Positions 1 to 12,500 of a DNA stretch of 64,000 nucleotides are shown here, in pieces. The stretch is from NCBI RefSeq assembly GCF_046119375.1, contig NW_027362768.1:157976001-158040000 (forward strand), in the 5' to 3' direction. Position 1 is the stretch's first letter. The number at the start of each line of letters is the position of its first letter. This DNA is from Phyllobates terribilis (lineage: Eukaryota). The notes under the pieces are model-generated. The model did no database searches, was not told the DNA's origin, and worked only from the letters and a program-made list of their open reading frames with translations. The position numbers and the translations under genes are program-made.

Positions 1-1719
1 TCACACAGGACCCTGTAGGTTTGGATTTCTTTTTCCCTTAATAATAATGACCTTCATTCAAAAACTGCATTTTGTGTTTACTTGTGTTATCTTTGTCTAA
101 TATTTAAATTTGTTTTGTGCTCTGAAACATTTAAGTGTGAGAAACATGCAAAATAATAAGAAATCAGGAAGGGGGCAAACACTTTCACACCAATGTATAT
201 TATGCTTCCTACAATCAGACGTCTCACTATAAGGCAAAATTCAGACGTCCATATATCATGTTCCAAGTAAGGACCACGATGCACGGAGCGCCTGCAGGGG
301 TGGACTTTTAATAAAGAATTTTATTCGGGCTGTTTGTTTATTTACAATATTGACTATGGGGTTAGTATTGGGGGCGTCTTATAGACACCCTCCATTACTA
401 ACCTGGACTTCATGTCAGCTGCCAATACAAGGCTGACATGAACCCCGACACTATTACCCCACTGCCACTGCACCAGGGCAAGTGGGAAGAGCAGAGGCTA
501 AGCGCCAGAGTTGGCGCATCTTATTGATGCGCTATTCCTGGGGCCACTGAGGGCTGATCTCATTAGCCTTGGAAGGGGCCAGTATCCATGGCCCCTTACC
601 TGGCTAGTAACATCAGCCCCCCACGGTCAGCTTTCCCTCTGCTGGTTATGAAACTGATGCGGGAGCCCACACCATTATTTTTAATTTTATTCTTCATTTT
701 ACACTGGATGCTGAATACAACTCCCATCATTGTCTCTGAGATCAGCGCGAGCAGGGGACAATGATGAGAGCTGCCTCCAGCAGTCGGTGCAGGGGATCAG
801 CGTGAACTGTACTGCTGATTCCCAGACGCCGGTACGTGTCACGCTGATAACACACGTATGTCATCTGTGTGTCATCTGTGTGCACGTGTGCAGCATGCAT
901 TTTGTGAGTGCTGCACCAAAAAACCTGTCATGTCTGCGGGTTTCTCACATGGACACACAGCCCGTGTGACAAACCTGACATCTGCGCACACCCACTGAAT
1001 ACAATGGTTGTGGGTATGTCAGTATTTGCGGCCCTTTAAAAACGGACAGCATACGGACATACAAAACAGACCTGTGAATAGGGCCTTACAACGTGTAAAA
1101 GTAACCGCGTCGTCTGGAAATCATCAGGACAGGATTTTAGCCTTTGAGTTTGATTCCAGAAAAGTCTCAGTAAATCACAGGTTATGCGGCTTTTGCAGAA
1201 ACTCATTGTTTTCCAATATGGAAAAAAGTTGTGAGAGTTTTTGCAACTTTCCGAAACTTCTGAATAGAGAATATGCCAAATTGTCCAGCCATGAAGCCCG
1301 CTCTCCAATATCAGCAGGCAGATTGTTGTTGGGGCGTATAGTAATTGGATGATGATTACTGTTATGGCAGCAAGATTTATCGTCACCCGGATTTCCAGAA
1401 ATGATGGGTGTTATTGTTACATCATAAGAGAAAAGAACAACTCAATGACTTTTACTACAAGGAAGATCCAGAGCATCGTCTAATGGAAACCCGGAAAAGA
1501 AAAGTCACTCCACATACCAGTCAGGAGAACACGTGGCGAGCTGGACGCAGTAACCGCTTTTATTCTCATAAGGATATCCAGTCCGAGTTATCTGAAAAGT
1601 AAAAATCACACAAACAAATATGGATTTATTATAAAATATTGTTTGTATGAACGTAGGGTTACATGGCATTAAATCTCATAAAGGCCTAAAACCTGGAATG
1701 GATGGAGACAATTTTCTAA

Positions 1720-2180
1720 ATACATTACTCATACTGATCCTGAGTTACATCCTGTATTATACTCCAGAGCTGCACTCACTATTCTGCTGATGCAGTCACT
1801 GTGTACATACATTACATTACTTATCCTGTACTGATCCTGAGTTACCTCCTGTATTATACTCCAGAGCTGCACTCACTATTCTGCTGGTGGAGTCACGATG
1901 TACATACATTACATTACTTATCCTGTACTGATCCTGAGTTACATCCTGTATTATACTCCAGAGCTGCACTCACTATTCTGCTGGTGCAGTCACTGTGTAC
2001 ATACATTACATTAGTGATCTTGAGTTACATCCTGTATTATACTCCAGAGTTGCACTCAATATTCTTCTTGTGCAGTCACTGTGTACATACATTACATTAC
2101 TGATCCTGTACTGATCCTGAGTTACATCCTGTATTATACTCCAGAGCTGCATTCAATATTCTGCTGGTGCAGTCATTGTA
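1720..2180. repeat. Paralogous 97-bp satellite array (~4-5 units)
   Basis: Same unit and same flanks as 22727-24620. Confidence 0.93.
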
Positions 2181-2882
2181 TCTATATAAAATGCATCCGT
2201 AATTTACATGTCGCATTTTGTAGATTTTTGAAGATAAAAGAATCTATGAGATGTAAATAGTGACATAAAATTGTAGAACAGTGATCTGAGTCGCTCCTCC
2301 TGTTGGACTCGCTGAGTGTCTCTTCCTTATGACACATCATGGCGGCGGTACATCTGCCAATATTCTGCATAGGAATCTGACACATCACAAGTCCTCTCAT
2401 GCCGGACTTTTCCTCCCGATGTTCTGGACTTCGTCAGAGGAGTTTTTGAAAGTAAAAAAAAACATAAATAAAATAATTGGTGGCCAAAACTCGCCTCAAA
2501 GTAGTCCGGGAGCCAGTGTAAGTCAGTGATCACCTCCCGGTGGCCGTGCTCTATAGAGGACACTGCGCAGTATCTCACCAGCTCCAGGGACCTTCTGCTC
2601 CAAAAACGCCTCAAAATAAATCAGTGTGATCGTACCCTAAAGACCCCCATACATTTTAGACTCACGGCAGCCGAACCCTCAGATATCAGCAGGGTCGTCC
2701 GACATTAGTTTAATGTGAATAGGAGCCTCCCGACTCTCCCCGACACATCATGTTCGGAGACAGAAGGGTCGAACATGTTCGATTGTTGCCTCTGAGATAA
2801 GCCACATCCTTAGGACTGACAGTGGCTCCTTCATGGAGGAGAGTTCAGATGACAGCTATCTATCGTGTACACTGGCCACATA

Positions 2883-3829
2883 TGTGGCACCCCAGAGGGT
2901 CTGGTTGCCACAGTGGTAGTAATACCATGTCTGGGAGCAAAACAGGAGTTTCCTGGTTAGGGAACACACTACCTGCAACACCTCCTGCTGCAGACCAGAA
3001 AAGGGGAGGATCCTGCCCTTTATTACTGGATCTGGAGGCGGGGTTAGCCAGTCTAGTGACAGGAGTCAAGCAGGACACACTAAGGAGCAAGGAGCTGAGG
3101 ACTGGAGCTGGCAGAGTTCATCCTAGCCGGAGTATATACAGAGTTGTGGACACCGGAGTCCGAGGCTGTGGGAACCTTCAGGCTCAGCAGCAGATACCGC
3201 AGGGCAGGGGATTTCAGGTCTCCTGGCCCAACAGAAGCCCGGAGGCTCAGCCACAGGAAAGGACCAGTACCATCACAGAGGAGCGAGGAATACACGGGAT
3301 CCGAGTCGCCAGCCATACGGGTGAGCACCGCACGTCACACTCAGGGACGTGGGCTACAACACGACTATAAGCGAGATAGCCAAAGAGTAGAGTCAGAACG
3401 GCAGGCCTACAACTCCACCTGGCCAAGGGAATTCCAGGACTGCTCCCAGACTGACCAGGCCCTCATCCATAGCAAGTACTCCCGTTGGGGTCTATATAAT
3501 TACCACCAGTAAAGACCCTAGGACTGCACTGCAAAGACTCCGTGTTATTATTACTGATCCAGGCACTATCACCACCATCATCCATACACGCTGCCCTGAA
3601 GCTCCACTCTTCCTGTGGGGAGTTACATCACCTTGCTGCCCATACCATCAGCTTCAGTGGACTGCTCCGCAGCGGCGGTTCCCAATAACCGCATCCCACA
3701 GGTGGCGTAGTCGGACTATATATAGCCTATACACATAGACTAGCCTGGTTTGACCGCCCTGGGTCACAGACCGGGTCGCCGCCACGGTGACTACAACCCC
3801 CAGCATCTACAAGGTCCGGCTCCGGGTAC
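2883..3829 (+). mobile_element. LTR retroelement 5' portion: LTR 2883-3700 (TG...CA), PBS 3703-3714, short internal stub
   Basis: Absent from the paralogous site at ~28943; TGGCGTAGTCGG is complementary to the 3' end of vertebrate tRNA-Ser (recalled sequence ...CCGACTACG-CCA). Confidence 0.7.
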
Positions 3830-4879
3830 CAGAAAAAGTCAGCCGATATAGTGGAATTTAGAAGTTTGGCCGATCAATTATAAAAAACGATTATTCACGG
3901 TTGTCGACAGGTAACTTCCATTTGCCAAAAGTGTGATCTGTCAGTTTGGGTGCTTTTTAGGCCGTTGTTGGTGACATTAATGATGTGTATTATGGCACGA
4001 GCGTTAATAATAATAATTTTTATTTATATAGTGCCAACATATTCCGCAGCACTTTACAATTAAATTAGAACGTTGATCATTTGCTGCTATGATACAAGTG
4101 ATCAGTTTGTTTCGCCTCATGTACAGCAGACCCTTCCCTTTAATAATCCACCTTCTGTAATGTTCCCAGTACCTGACCGTTCATACATCCTGCAGCGATA
4201 ATATTGGGGTCACTTGGGCAGAACTGGAAGCAATAAATGTCATCTGGGCATTCGAGCATCAGCTGGAGAGAATAAGAGAAAAAGTCACCATGAGACGGGA
4301 TCGCAGCAGAATTCAGGAGCCCCAGGACCTGCGGATGGATGGGGTCATTCAGGCTCCAAATGAGAATCAGCGATGGCGTCAAGATGAGCTTAAAAGAAGC
4401 GTTGACTCGATCCTCCAGCGACAGCCGTTCTGTGAGCGAGACTGCGACCAAACCTGGTGAAGGAATAAGTAGTACAGAACGTATAATGTATAGTGGATTG
4501 CAAAGTGGGCAGACATGTCAGGAGCTGAGCTGCTCCATAGCCAGGCGGTGCCGGCTGTGTAATACGACCGGCACCTGCTGCTATGGGCGCAGTCACATAA
4601 GTCGGACCAAGATCGGAACACAATGCCAGGACTGGCTGGCGAGTCTCCCGACCCGAGCATGAAGCCGAAACGCTTGGGTCGGGAGAGCCGCCGGCCAGTC
4701 CAAGCATTGTGTTCTGATCTTGGTCCGATTTATACGGCCGTCTGACTGCGCCCCAATAGTAATGATGGGAACTTGCTGGCGCTGGTTGCGCCTGTGTGAT
4801 AAGGAAATCATTAAATGTGATGTCGCAACACAACACTGTTTACTGCCATAACATTACAGTCATGTACATACTGTATATA

Positions 4880-5548
4880 TATATAAAAAAATACACACAT
4901 GTGGTATCCTCGTGTTCAAAAAAGTCAGATCTATCAAAATATAAAAACAATTAACCTTATCGGTAAACACCGTAAACGGAAAAAATTCAAGAACACCAAA
5001 ATTACATTTTTTTGGTTGTCACAATTCCACATAAAGGGATGTAACAAGCGATCAAAAAGTCACATGTATTCAAAATGATGTTAATCAAAACGTTGTCTCA
5101 CCCCGCAAAAAAATAAGCCTCCACACAGCTCTATAGGCTGAAAAATAAAATTGTTACGGGACTCAAAAAATGGCGACTAACCCCCAAATTTTTTTGTTTA
5201 CAAACTTCTGATTTTACATAACAAAAAATGGACATATTGGGTATAGTCGTAATCATATTGATGATGAGTCTCATATTGTAAGGTTGTTTTTACCAAAAAA
5301 AAGTACACTGTAAAAACAATTCTCAAAAAACAATGTCAGAATTGGGTTTTCCTTTCACAATTTCACCACACTTGGAATTTTTTTCCCATTATCCAGTACA
5401 CTATGTGCTAAAATGAATGGTGACATTCAAGAGTATAACTCGTCCTTCAAAAAACTAGTCCTGATATGTCCATGTGGACAGAAAAATAACAGTCATGGCT
5501 CTGGAAGAAGGGGAGAAAAAAACAGAAATTGGCCGCAGCATGAAGGGG
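4880..5548. mobile_element. Truncated piggyBac-like element abutting the duplication breakpoint
   Basis: Ends gaagggg|TTAA; resembles the reverse complement of 62095-62700. Confidence 0.6.
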
Positions 5549-8500
5549 TTAATGTATAACTATCGTTTCAGGAGAACTTGCAGCTTAATGTCAGTATCGG
5601 CCTCTCGCTCCTCCCCCTCCAGAGAATTTTATGAGCACCAACTGCCATCTCCTATCTCAGTAATGTGAAATTAGGAGTGAAAGATCAGTACAGGAGAAGA
5701 AAGGAAATCTATTAAAAGTTTTTCTTTTTCACTTTTAATAAATAAAATAATGTTTTATATCAAAAAGAAAAAAAAGTCTTTGTTCCGCATACTGAACAAT
5801 CACAGCCCAGCTTCCACGTTTTGGGTTCCATAGCAAAGACTATTATGATGCCAGGTTGTGACACTTATGCCATTTCTATGACTATTTTGGTCAATTCCTC
5901 ACCACCTGGTTTACTAAAAATGCCACCCCTCTATAGAGGGGAGTCCTGTGTCAAACACCATACAACACCAATGGAGATGAGATCAACCAGTTGTGCCTGT
6001 TTATAATGGCCCCATTGCAGCCCATGGGCCACATCCATGGTGGATATAAAAGGGCATCACATTGGCTGCATCTATTGTAATGGTTAAAGGTCATTATTCA
6101 GACATAGAACTAACGACAGCAGTTATAGTCATCATTTTTTATTATTTTCATTATTGGACCATTTCCTTTTAATGATAATTCAACTTGTCAAATGGCTGTT
6201 TTGAAAATAACTAAAAGTACGCAGATTGTTTACATTTAAAAATTAATACTTGATTCCTATTGGCTGCTGGAAGTCCCTCCCATTTAGAATGCCCGAGTAG
6301 AACGCTCATAATCGTTGCCGCGGAAACAAATCGTTGATGCAGTGACGGCGGTTGGAGAGACAGCATCTCGTTTTGCGATTCTCCAAATTTTGCAAAATGT
6401 TTTGCATTTTATTTGAATTGTGTTCGAACGTCTTGAGATTTTCAGAAGGGCAGTACGTCATCACATCAGGTCAGATCTTTAGCAGCTTATGTACATTAAA
6501 TGTAATATATTGGGAGAAGAAAAGCCGCCCAAAACAGATTTTGTGTGGCCAGATGCCCTTCATGAACGGAGGCGGTTAGTGGATGTTGGAATCTCCTATC
6601 CAAAATTTGCACCATCATCTCCTAAAAAGTGTACAAAAACTACCCATGTTAATATATAGAGATGACCAGGCCTTCAAAAATCATAGGCATTGACTTTGTA
6701 TGATCATCTCCATGGTCATGTAGGTTTCTTCCAGGTTCTTCAAATTCTACAACACAAAAATATCTTGGCCCAATATGTCCGTGGAGACAGACATGCGGTG
6801 CGTCTTCTCAGACCGCAGCATGTCAATTTCTCTAGTCTCCACATGCGAAATTTTATCAGTGCAATGTATAGGATGCGGTGAATCCGCATGTGTTCAATGA
6901 ACAAATGCAGATTCACCTGCGTGCAGCGCTTTGGACGCAGCATAAAGTATACTGTGTTCAAAGAGCCGCCAGAAAGGACCGTGTGCACATACCCTTAGTA
7001 TCATCCAAAATAGAAGAAGAAAACCGTTCTAGATATTCTAGTCTCGGATGGGAAGTTTGGTGGGATGATAATGGAGTTTAGACGTCACCCTGAGCAGGAC
7101 CCCCTGTACCCCTCTAACCTTCCAAATAAGCACAGTCTGTCTTCCTTAGAGCAGAGGATCTTCCTTCTTGCTTGGGTTGGTCTTAAACAGTCTTTAACTC
7201 CCACCATGTCTTCAGTTAGCCTTGGGCTCATGCACTCGGATGGTCACTCACTAGAGGCTTCTATGGGGTGATCAGAGACTAGATACATATTCAGTTACCT
7301 ACTCAAATTTATATATATATTTATTTTTTTTAAGGCACATGCATTTTTTTTAAATTACTAATATATATAAATATATTAGTAATTTAATTTAAAAACAAAA
7401 TTGGTGCCTTAAAAAATCCCAAATTTTGGTGCTCGTAATTTGTGCAATAAAATTAGAAACTTTGGAAAAGTTTGGAAAGCGTGTGCGGTGTTAACAGGGA
7501 GGGATGATGGCCACAATCAGATCAATATAGATCAAATATTCATTATGGTAGAAACGGGCACAAATAATACAGTGATTTCAATTTCTGTATTTAGAAGAAA
7601 ATGTGAAATTTATTAAAGAGCGTGCGTCTTCTAATAAATTTGTGCATTTTCCTCTGCTGCACTTTGGTTTAAAATTGATGGATGAAACACAAGTCACAAC
7701 AAGTCTCCCCAAAATACTTTCAGATACGTGATACCTGGTCACTTATAAACACAGTTTACATGGGAGGAGGACTGGATGTGAAACAGTATCAGTCTTGTCA
7801 ATAGCGCCATTCTTGTCAATAGGCTGGGTCTGGTATTGCAGCTCGGCCCCATTCCAGCTGGAAAAAATACAGGAACTATTCAGGATTTTCTTCCCCTCCA
7901 AACAACCACCACTGTCTGACAGTTCTGCTCTAGAACTTCCTAAAGTTCAGGAGGTTCATCCCTCTTCATTATGGACTGAATGCACATAGGGCTACTCCTC
8001 TCCATAGGCCCCACAATAAGAGGGGAAGGTAAAGGCCCATGGGGCATTCTCTGTGGCCCACTTGTCTCTTCCCATTGGATGTAGCCAACAAATACCTGGT
8101 GTGAGCACAGTGACTTATTCCTGGTGTATGTTCCTCCATAGATAATAACTGCAATATTAATTTCCGACAGGTTTGAATATAGACCTATCAGCTCTACTAC
8201 CACCGATAAGACGTAGAAGACCAAGAATTAACGACCGGCAAAGAAGGATTTTCATCCAAAGAGTCCAGAGGGCCGGATACCGCGAGCTGGCAATGGGAGG
8301 ATAAATGGTATGACACCGCCTTATAGGCACGTGCCCACCGACCCACACACGTGTATGTACATCCAAGCACCCAAAACATATCACAGAAAACTCCGGACCC
8401 TCTTACTAAGGAAAAAAAATCAGTCACGTAGATGATTATGTGACACTGCCACGTGGGCCACATCGATGCAATCTTTGCATGCCCGGCTCATATTGCATCT

Positions 8501-9170
8501 CCCTAATGCACATTGAGCCACGCCAGCATTGTCTGAGCTAGGCCGCTCTTAAAGGAGTTGTGCCATATACATCACTGTATGATCAATGGGGATCAGAGTG
8601 CAGGGGTCCTCACCGATCACGAGAATAGGAGTCTCATAGTCCCCTGACGCCACTGCTTCACTCACTGTCCATGGGAGTGGTGGTCACATACGTGCAGTAC
8701 TGCTCCCATAGAAGTGAATGGAGTGTACCATACATGTCTGATGGATCAGAATTCCACCTAAAAGAGACGATCAAGAAAATCGAGCAGCCTTGCTGCTAGT
8801 TTTTGACTGCTGGACCAGAGCCCTGCAAATTTCTTCCTACCTTCCGATATTCTCGACACCTCTTCTGCTTTGTGCCACAACATCATAGCGTTGCAAGGCC
8901 TACTAATCAGAAGAGGCACCGAAGATGTGAGCAGATAGGAGGAGGTTCTCCGGGCTCGGATCCAGTGACCATGGCTACTAATGTGGTCACTGGACCAGAG
9001 TCCTAATCTTTTAGCTCAATTATCACTTTAATAAATTAATTGAGACAAAAAATGTCCCTACTTGGATGACGGGAGACTCCACCAGCACATTGGGTGATAG
9101 AGACCTGGGGAGAAAGCGAGAGGTTCACCTTAAATAGTGTCAGAACGCTCCTAATTCTTTTCAACACAAC

Positions 9171-9176
9171 TTTATT
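9171..9176 (-). terminator. Candidate DNAI3 polyadenylation signal AATAAA
   Basis: tttatt on the + strand, ~270 nt past the stop codon; first canonical hexamer seen downstream. Confidence 0.55.
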
Positions 9177-9447
9177 TGTACAGTCCAGAAGAACACATTT
9201 TATATGATCCATCAGACTAGCGGTGGATGTAAATATATGTTACACACCGGTGATCCACAACCTGTGACTTTACAACTGTTGCAAAAACTATGACTCCCTG
9301 CACGCTGGGATTTGTAGTCTTTGCAATATCTGCAGAGCCCCAGGTTGGGGGTGACCGCAGTACACCACAGTACAATGTATGCGCTGGGTTTTTACTATTC
9401 TGTAGCTTTGAAGAATACAAACATCTGTCATTATGAGAATTAGGTTT

Positions 9448-9582
9448 TCACAGTTCTTTTTCATTCTCTTTCTTAATCCCCAGACCGATCAGCACAGAGC
9501 TCTCCAGGGCCAAGTATGTGCCGTACTCTCGGCTTATCTCCTCCTCGAGCTGCTCCTTTGACTTCACCGGTGGAGAGATTTC
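9448..9582 (-). CDS. DNAI3: DNAI3 last coding exon (EISPPVKSKEQLEEEISREYGTYLALESSVLIGLGIKKENEKEL*)
   Basis: tctag| acceptor, TGA at 9450-9448; resembles the WDR63 C-terminus (KSKEQ...YLELEK.VL..LG). Confidence 0.9.
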   Translation of the reverse strand, partial: EISPPVKSKEQLEEEISREYGTYLALESSVLIGLGIKKENEKEL

Positions 9583-12500
9583 CTAGACATAAATAGGACA
9601 GAGTTATACTCGACTTCCTTCTCTTATCCTACATGATCACTCATGGATATAAAAACAAGTAGAAGTGACGGCACAAAGTGCAAGAGCTGAGCAGTGTGGA
9701 GCGAGATACTTACGCTTTTCTTGCTGTGCTCCTTCAGCTCCAGCGTTCTCTTCTCTGCAGCCCGAAATGTCTTTCTCTGTTCATAATATTCCAAATGACT
9801 GACCTCCCTGTCCAAGTAATGCAGGACCGCGGTGCTCTGCAGAAGAGAAAGGAGAATATTGCTGCGGACATGTTCCCACAATTGCAGACGGGACAACCCA
9901 TAGCGGATCTTACAATGCAAGCTGCCAATGCCACCGTTGCAAATTTCCTCATAGTGGTAGAAGAAGCCATTGGTCAGGAAAAACAAATTCACCAATTCAG
10001 CTGCAACCAGCAGCTTTAGCAGAGGACCTCAATTATGAAGTCCAGATATTAGACCCTTCCACTGTTCCCAGTTGTTGGGGTCAATACTACTTCTTCACTA
10101 ACTCTACTAGTGCCCATGTTTCCCTGGCATGGTGCCATGGAGTCACAGCTGTCAACTGGACCTAAATGGTTTCAACCAAGGAGCCAGGGCCAAAGAGCCA
10201 GTTGTGAAACTGGGCACAGACACAAACATTTATGTCTATAGGATTTACCAATAGTATATGAGACTGTTGGTTTTCCTTGGGGCGGACAAGGACCCAACAC
10301 GGTGGCCCTTTTCTTGTCCAAGCCTCTTATATTCACTGGAAAGGCCCAGGAGGAATCAGGACTGATCAATATTTCTGACAGTCATTATATGTATATGGTA
10401 AAGCACCTAAAAGGCTTCAAAGGGGTTGTCAACCTTCAAGATTCCCTTTACCATAGAGGAACCTATGAAATTACCCTGATTACATGGTGTCTTGCGATGC
10501 AAGCTGCCAATGCCACCACTGCAAATTTTCATGTAGGCCTGGTGGCGAATGGTAGAAGAAGCCATAGGTCAGGAAAAATGAATTCACCAATTCAGCTGCA
10601 ACCAGTAGCTTTAGCAGAGGACCTCAATTATGGAGTCCAGACATTAGACCCCTCCACTGTTTCCAGTTCTTGGGCTCAATACTTCTTCACTTACTCTACT
10701 AGTGCCAATGTTTTCCTGGCATGGTGCCATCGAGTCACAGCAGCCAATTGGACCTAAATGGTTTCAACCAAAGAACCAGGGTAAAAGAGCCAGTTGTGAA
10801 GCTGGGCACAGACACAGACATTTATGTCTATAGGACTTACCAATAGTATATGAGACTCTTGGTTTTCCTTGGGGCAGATAAGGACCCAACATGGTGGCCC
10901 TTTTCTTGTCCAAGCCTCTTATATTCCCTGGAAAGGACCAGGAGGAATCAAGACTGATCAATATTTCTGACAGTCATTATATGTATATGGTAGAGTGCCT
11001 AAAAGGCTTCAAAGGGGTTGTCAACCTTCAAGAATCACTTTACCATAGAAGAACCTATGAAATGACCCTGATTACATGGTGTCTTGCAATGCAAGCTGCC
11101 AATGCCACCGCTGCAAATTTTCATGTAGGCCTGGTGGCGAATGGTAGAAGAAGCCATTGGTCAGGAAAAACAAATTCACCAAATCAGCTGCAACCAGCAG
11201 CTTTAGCAGAGGACCTCAATTATGGAGTCCAGACATTAGACCCTTCCACTGTTTCCAGTTGTTGGACTCAATACTTCTTCACTTACTCTATTAGTGCCCA
11301 TATTTTCCTGGCATGGTGCCATCGAGTCACAGCTGTCAACTGGACCTAAATGGTTTCAGCCAGAGTCAAAGAGCCAGTTGTGAAGCTGGGCACAGACACA
11401 GACATTTATGTCTATAGGATTTACCATTAGTATATGAGACTCTTGGTTTTCCTTGGGGCGGACAAGGACCCAACATGGTGGCCCTTTTCTTGTCTAAGCC
11501 TTTTATAATCCCTGGAAAGGACCAGGAGGAATCACGACTGATCAATATTTCTGACAGTCATTATATGTATATGGTAAAGCACCTAAAAGGCTTCAAAGGG
11601 GTTGTCAACCTCAAGAATCCCTTTACCATAGAGGAACCTATGAAAATACCCTGATGACATGGTGTCCCATGCTCGGACCACTATTGATCAGTGGTAATTT
11701 GCAAAAACAATAAAACAAACCTTGCCGAATGTGTTAAACTCACTGCAGTGCCACCATAGGACAACATGAAGTATCACTAGTAGTACGTTCAGTCCTAACG
11801 CCAGCGTGTCAGTGCGCATGATACACGAGAAACATTTAAACTGGCACGTGAGGCTGGTATAGACACCGAAAAAGGGGTAAAAAATGGTTTGTCAAAGATT
11901 CTTGTTATTAAAGCATCTTCCTGAGTTACAGTAAATGTACGACCACAGAAAGATGCAAGAGTGAAATGTAATAGAAGAAAAGCAAAGATTGTGCAAGTCT
12001 ATAGGAGGCCGGAGCAAATCACATCGGCAGCAATAAAATAACACTTTCCTCGTTTATTAATGTGTTCAATATATGAAGACTCTGTCCCCGAACCAACCTC
12101 ATTAGCGGACGGGTGATGTAAGGTCCACGGGATCTGTAATACATGGAGGGTCCCGCTGTCATCGGCCACGGCCAGGAAATGCTGCTTTGCTGCAATAAAT
12201 AAGATGTAATTCATTATTTTGAGTCTGTATCTGTTTTGGTCTCACAATATAATTCCTTATCCTTGGGCATGTGCGAGAAATCCTTGAAGAGGTTGTCTCA
12301 CAAAAACAACCCCTGTTATGGCATATGGGCATTGTAGATGGGGGTCAACAAATGAGGGCAGCCCCCCCGTCTATGGGCCAAAATAGAGCTGATTTGTACA
12401 AGCAGCTTCCGCTCCGGCAGACCTGCGACTGCAAAGAAGTCACCGGTGTCGTCTGATCCGCTCATTTATTACCCTCTGAAGTCTTCCCCCTTCTGTTTGT

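Larger units (their letters stand above)
1..4870 (-). pseudogene. Partial, rearranged duplicate of DNAI3 (copies of exon 9 at 4329-4453, exon 10 at 4173-4262, truncated exon 12 at 2495-2582, exon 13 at 1518-1591); continues past the left edge
   Basis: Near-identical to 20997-~30030. It lacks exon 11 and the 5' part of exon 12, the exon-12 donor is GT>GC, and the conserved IAGGC is changed to IAAGC. Confidence 0.85.

Noticed and set aside
8961-8994. 11-bp perfect hairpin tccagtgacca-N12-tggtcactgga
   Set aside because: It is an isolated short stem with no supporting context, plausibly a repeat remnant or chance.
10302-11349. Paired 151/152-aa ORFs
   Set aside because: They are copies of the 590-bp intronic repeat, with no recognisable domain, and are not preserved in the third copy.
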